DNA from: Phoronis australis
Lineage: Eukaryota; Animalia; Phoronida
Assembly: GCA_002633005.1 (NCBI GenBank)
Contig: NMRA01000032.1
Coordinates: 1,034,911 to 1,098,910 of the forward strand
DNA: 64,000 nt
Direction of reading: 5' to 3'
Made by a program: the position numbers and the translations under genes. Below, piece by piece: positions 55,301 through 61,300 of this stretch (the stretch's first letter is position 1; every line of letters starts with the position of its first letter). The notes under the pieces were generated by a model that did not search any database, was not told the DNA's origin, and saw nothing but the letters and a program-made list of their open reading frames with translations.

Positions 55301-58300
55301 TTTTCAGTTGTCAGATTTACACTTTGTGTTGTGTATTCATGGAGCGACTAAGGTATGGTGTCTTATAAATAGTAATTGGTTCAGTGATACATAGACTCTA
55401 TGGTAAAGTCCTAAATATCCAACTTGGCTTTTGACTTCTTGAGTGCAGTCATACAATCGAACATGATTTCCACTTGTCAAATGAACAATTAAGAGAAAGT
55501 CGGTTTGATCGCTCCGACAAATCAGGCATATATCTATAGCATATCTTATATCGTTGTGCTTATGAGTAACGTTATGTTGTAAAAACATGAACAGCATAAG
55601 TTATCCTGCCCAAACCTTCATTATAGGAGTGTGTCAATCAAAAAGAAGAGGGCGCTAGTTTAGTGCACAGTGCTCGCGACCAGGGCGAGGCGATCATGGC
55701 TTACACAGCTGCCCAAGGGAGAGACTTGATCAAAGAGGAGCTGAGGTTCCTTAAGCAACAGTGGGACTTGTATGCAGACAGTCTGAGTGACACCAGGCTT
55801 TCATTAGGTATTTATGGTAGAGCTAAACAGATTTTTGTGTTTAAGTAATACCCTGACCCGAGGTCTGAGTACAGCTTCAAGTATCTGGACCAAGGTTTTG
55901 ATCTTTGTTAATCTCCGACTCCACTCAGATTCAGACTCAGAATTTAACCAATCACATTTTTGGTATACAGTCATGTGCAAGTTCATTCGAGGTGTGTGAT
56001 GCATTTGGTCAATTTTGGGGTAGAGTTTCGAGTATAGAGATTAGATCCCAGCCACTTGTGTTGTGCGATGGAACACATTGTCAAGGCACATTGTAAACAA
56101 CAGTCTCCGCGTTTTCAAACCTGCTGACATCTTCAAGCACGTGTTTAAGAGCTGTTCTTAATTAATAGTTTGCTGTTTGGACAGTTATTTTTCATTCCGT
56201 TTGTCTTGTGCAGTGTTATACTGTTTAAGGTCCAGCCTCCCTCAGTTGTATCCTTATTTATTGTGCTTACCTTGTCATCTATTATGCTACATTATTGTGT
56301 GTTTGTCAGACCTCATGGAGACATTGCCATTTTAGTTTCATTTTTCTTGGTTAGGTCACAGTAATTAAACTATTTTTCACAAGCTCTCTCGAGGGTAGTG
56401 TTTCAGCTTTGTTTGAATTGCTATTTACTGAACAAAAACATTCTAGTTGTTAAGTAGTCAACTTTTATTTTTGATGAGAACACGATTTAATTTCTTTTTT
56501 GAAATAGTATAGTTTACTTTAACTTTCAAATTAATTAACCTCGTATTATAGTTTTTGTTAAAAAGTGTGGTGCTTTTCATTTTCAGAACAAGCGCATGAC
56601 CTGTGGTCCGTCTATGACTCCAACTACGAACAAGCCAATCAGTGGCTAAAAGGGGCAGAGCTTGCCTTGCGATCTGACTGTGATGTCCAATCAAGCGTGG
56701 AGGAAAAGCGTGACCAATTGAGGAGGAGGCGTGGTCAACATGAAGATGTTATCGGTCATCAGTCTGTCATTGACTCGACCAACGAGAGGGGCCAGCGCCT
56801 TCTACAGGCTACAGATGATGCTAGGGTGACGTCACAGCTGGCTCAGCTGAATGCCAGATACAACTCACTGGTGGCTAACTCCAAGGTAAGTTGTAAGCAG
56901 TATACAATAGATGGCGTTAATTGCCAATATTTGTGTGGACACTCCCCACAGCATACCTAGCAATATTGGACTTCAACATAAACATTGGTGACTTCAATTA
57001 AGGCATCCACTAAAAAGTCCCAACTAGACTGAAGAATGTACAACCCTGAACTGGCATGAGCTCCACACAGAACTGCTGTAGAGGATTGGGGTAGATTTAA
57101 GCTAGTAATGAACTTTTATGTATTAACAAGAACTGTAGATAATCTAAGAACAGCTTTGTGGTAACTCTGCTGTGTATGATTTATGCACGTCACTATAACA
57201 TTGCATCATTGTCATCAAAACACAGCCAAATTTTAGCTCTGGTAATAGTCTACGTACTTTGTTGTGGTGAAAGATGATTGAATTGGGCCTCGCGTGAAAT
57301 CTTAATTGGTGTACCCTAGCAAAATGGTTGGTGAGGTTGGAATGTTAAATTGTGCAATAGAATACATTGTTTCCATTCCATAAGCAAAGATATCATGCTG
57401 CAAGTGCATGGCTAGTGTTTTGCCTCTACGCAACACTGCTCCCAGCAGTGCTGTTTGTATGCCGTAGGCTTATTGTAACTCACCATGTTCTCTGTTTACA
57501 GGAGATGCTGGCTAAACTAGAACAGAGTGTCAAAGAACACGAGGATTACAATGAGACAGTGTGTGCTTGTCAGGACTGGCTGGCTAGTACCTCCAGCAAG
57601 TTGGAGGCATGTGCTGACACCTCTGGAGAGAAGGAGGAAATACTGACACAGCTCCAGAAGATGCAGGTTGGCATGGCGTGTTTGGGTGTAATGTGAATTT
57701 GGTCATTTTGTAATTAGGTTGAATATAGTTCATAAGTTGCTTCAGTGCCCTAGTGTGGAATCCAGAGATTTTTGATAAGTTTCATATGTTAGCAATGAAG
57801 GGAAAAGTAAGCACAAGGTTTTTGAATGATGTCATGAAATGTGGTGTACTGCATCATTTTATGTGTATTTGATGTCTTTGTACAGAATGTTAACATATGG
57901 TGATTATTGAATTTTATGGGTTTTTCTCCCTTTTCTCCACACAGTTATTAACTTGATTGGCAAACAATGGTGGTTGATTGCAAGTCTCGGTTACGTAATT
58001 AGTTGTAATGATAACGGCTACATGTAATACTATTTTTGGTTATTCGCAGGAATTTGAAAAACTAAAAGAAGTTGGCCAAGCCCTTCTGCTGTCCAGCAAT
58101 AGCAAGGGTGAAAGGGTCCTTACAAACACATCCCAAGATGGCCGAGAGAAGATACGCAGAGAACTCACCACGCTGCAGCACAGCTGGGAAGGTTTAGTCG
58201 CTAAGGTGAACGAGACTAGGGTTTCCTTGGAGACGTGCCTGCTTCAGTGGTCCGACTATAATGAGAATGTGGAGAATCTCAAAAGCTGGATTCGTGAAAT

Positions 58301-61300
58301 GGAAAGCCGAGTCCACCAGGTGGAGCCCCAGTCTGACCTGAGTGAGAAGAGGGCACAGGTTCAAAGGTTAAAGGTAAACATCATGACTGATTTATGATTA
58401 AGAATTTGTATCAACCATCCATAGTTTAGATACATGTAACACTGGTAGATTAAAGCCAATAAGTAATGGGTATTGCCATTTTTTTAATTTGTGTTATCTG
58501 TGTTAGGAGTTGTTGCAAGTTGAAAAGAAAATTTTAATTATTAGATGATGTTAGTGCACTCTGTTTAAACGCAAGTAATAGCAGGTCGAATCTCCTTTGA
58601 CACTAACTGTGTTTCTGCCTTACAGGGGCTCCATCAGGACATTCTGGCCTACAACTACATGCTGGACTCTTTGACCACCAAGGCCCACGAGCTGGTACAG
58701 AAGAGCCCGTCCAGCAAAGTGAGCTCTGCTAGCCAACAGATCATCGTGCGGTACGACGCCCTCTTGGACACAGCAAAGGAACTAATACAGGACCATGAAC
58801 AGCAGGTGGCCGACCACCAGCACTACCATGATCTCTCCAACGACTTGGTCTCGTGGTTGAAGACGGCCAGAGAGGAACTAGCGTCATGCTCTGACACCTA
58901 CGGCGACAAAGACAGCATTCTGGATAAGATTCAGCACGCGGAAGGCTTGTTGAACAATGTGGCAGAGGGATCGGCTAAATTGGACAGGATGACTGCTCAG
59001 GGAGAGTTGATCAAACCTTTTACAGCCGCCGACGGGCAGAATAAAATCCGGCAGGACATTGTTGTCATGGCAGTCGATGTGGATGGGTACAAGTGCGCAG
59101 TGTCGGACACATTGGTGCGACTAGAAGAGTGTAAGAGTCGTTGGAATGATTACGAGGCTGTACGTAACAAATTCTCTGATTGGTTGGCAGAGACGGAGGA
59201 TTTCCTGAAGAAGGAAACTCCCATTGTGGCAACACTGGGCGAGAAACATCAACAGTTCAAAGAATACCAGGTTTGTAGCTGGCTTTAGTGACAGCATTTT
59301 GTATCATTTTATTTTTCTGGTATGAAAATTAGCTAAGTAAAAAGCAAGTAATTTGATTTAATTTTTGCCACTAAATACAGAGTAGTCCTAATTTTTAAAT
59401 TTTTGTGATGTCATCTGTTGAATTTTTCAAATGCCTTCCTTACAATTCACTCGATCTTATTCTCATTTACCTTTGCTTTTGAATGGCAAAAATCAAGCAT
59501 TTTGATAATTATTTGAACACTTGGTTTAATTTTTGTTCTTTTAGCCTGTTTTTGTCAAGTTGTTATTGTTAATTTTTCACGTTATTCTGTCACTTACAGC
59601 TACATCTAGATGACTTGCTATGTCAGCAGTCTGAGCTGGATGAGGTGAATCACAGGGCTCAGTCACTACTGGAGATGAACTCTGATGCTAGGACGTCGCA
59701 CACGGTCACCCAACTGGGTACCCACTATCAGGCTCTCATATCTGCATCCAAGGTATGTCTACTTGTGTCAGATTTATAGTGTAACTGTTTTTTCAATTAA
59801 TGCCAATTCTTAGGTTTGCAACATATTTTGTGAACAACGAGTCTCTGCTGTTTTTGGCTAGTTGGCTTGGATTGTTAAGTTTTTCTGTTAAAAGTTGTTA
59901 ACCCGAACAGATATTTTTTACAAAGTCTTTGCCTTCATGTTTTGGTTTTGAGCAGGTTAGGATGTCTGGAAGATAGTGCTTTGTGGTCATGAATTCTTGC
60001 ACACTTCTCAATTTTATCTAGTTTTATGTACTGAAAGTGTAGACAGCGCCATGCTGAGCGTGGACTTCCTCTCTGGTTTTGGTTGGCTCATGTTACAATT
60101 ACCTTGCCTGATTTGGCTGTAACATTATTTCTACCTATTTTTGTGTTACCGTTGGATGAATTTGTGTTTATTGTAAACAAATATCCACAATCCGTTGTTG
60201 AAGCTTTAAAATTGACCATGAAATGGTAAAATTACAACTTATGCTAACTTTAAATCTGACTCCTCGTGCACACTGTCGCAAAACTCATGGCTCACATAGC
60301 AATAACACGAATCTGCTACCTGTACAATTGATGTGGTCCGAGGCAAATCATTTGAGGACAACTTTACATAACATGCTTGGTGATGATTCATGTTCCATAC
60401 ACACTTTGAGTTTCAATATTGTGCTTAATGGAATATCTTGAGCAGTTTACATCAAGGTGTGGATGTATATCAGGGGCTTCAGCTATAGAATGATGTTTCT
60501 CAATATAAGGCTATTATAAGTTCATGGTTTCATAGAAACTGGTGATTTAATCAAGCTAGCGATTTGTACCGGCTATTGTGAATTCAATAACATTACTTTT
60601 GCAAGCAACATGCAAACTTATACTAAGTTTTGTACATTATGATTGGATAGGAAATACTAAGTTTTCTACATTATGATTGGATAGGAAATCGTGAAGAAGC
60701 TGGAAACCTACTACTCCGACCATCAAAGCTTCACAGACAGTTGTGAGGAGTTCCGCGAGTGGCTTCACCATGCTGAGTCACAAGTGAAAGCCCTGGATGA
60801 CACTGCAGGATCTGAGGGGGAGGTCCAGGAACGCCTTCGTCTTTGTCGAGTGAGTTGTGAACTATATGACGTTACGTTGTCTTCTGGTGCTATTTATCAC
60901 TAAGTCAAAATGGGACTAAGTCTGCCAAAGCAACTTTGTAATGTAGGTTACTGCTGTACAAATATTCGGCTTCGAAAATGTCTCATAAGCTGCAAAATTG
61001 TGTGTCTTGAAAAAGCATTTCTTTTGAGCTGCTATGAACATGTACACTCTTGTTTTTGGTTCGTCACTTAACTTGGATCACTGATTTTTCATTTGCCATC
61101 TTGTTTGTTCTTTAATGTGTAGATTTGTGAATCAGAAAAAAATCATATCTTGAAACGTGATTTTTTCTTGTTGTTCGCATGTTTAAGAGAAAGAAAGTGG
61201 AATTTCTATCACATTAAACGGAACATACTTTTTGTCGTGCAGGAATTCCAGAAAACCATAGACCAGGGTAACAGCAAGATGCGATACATCATTGATCTTG

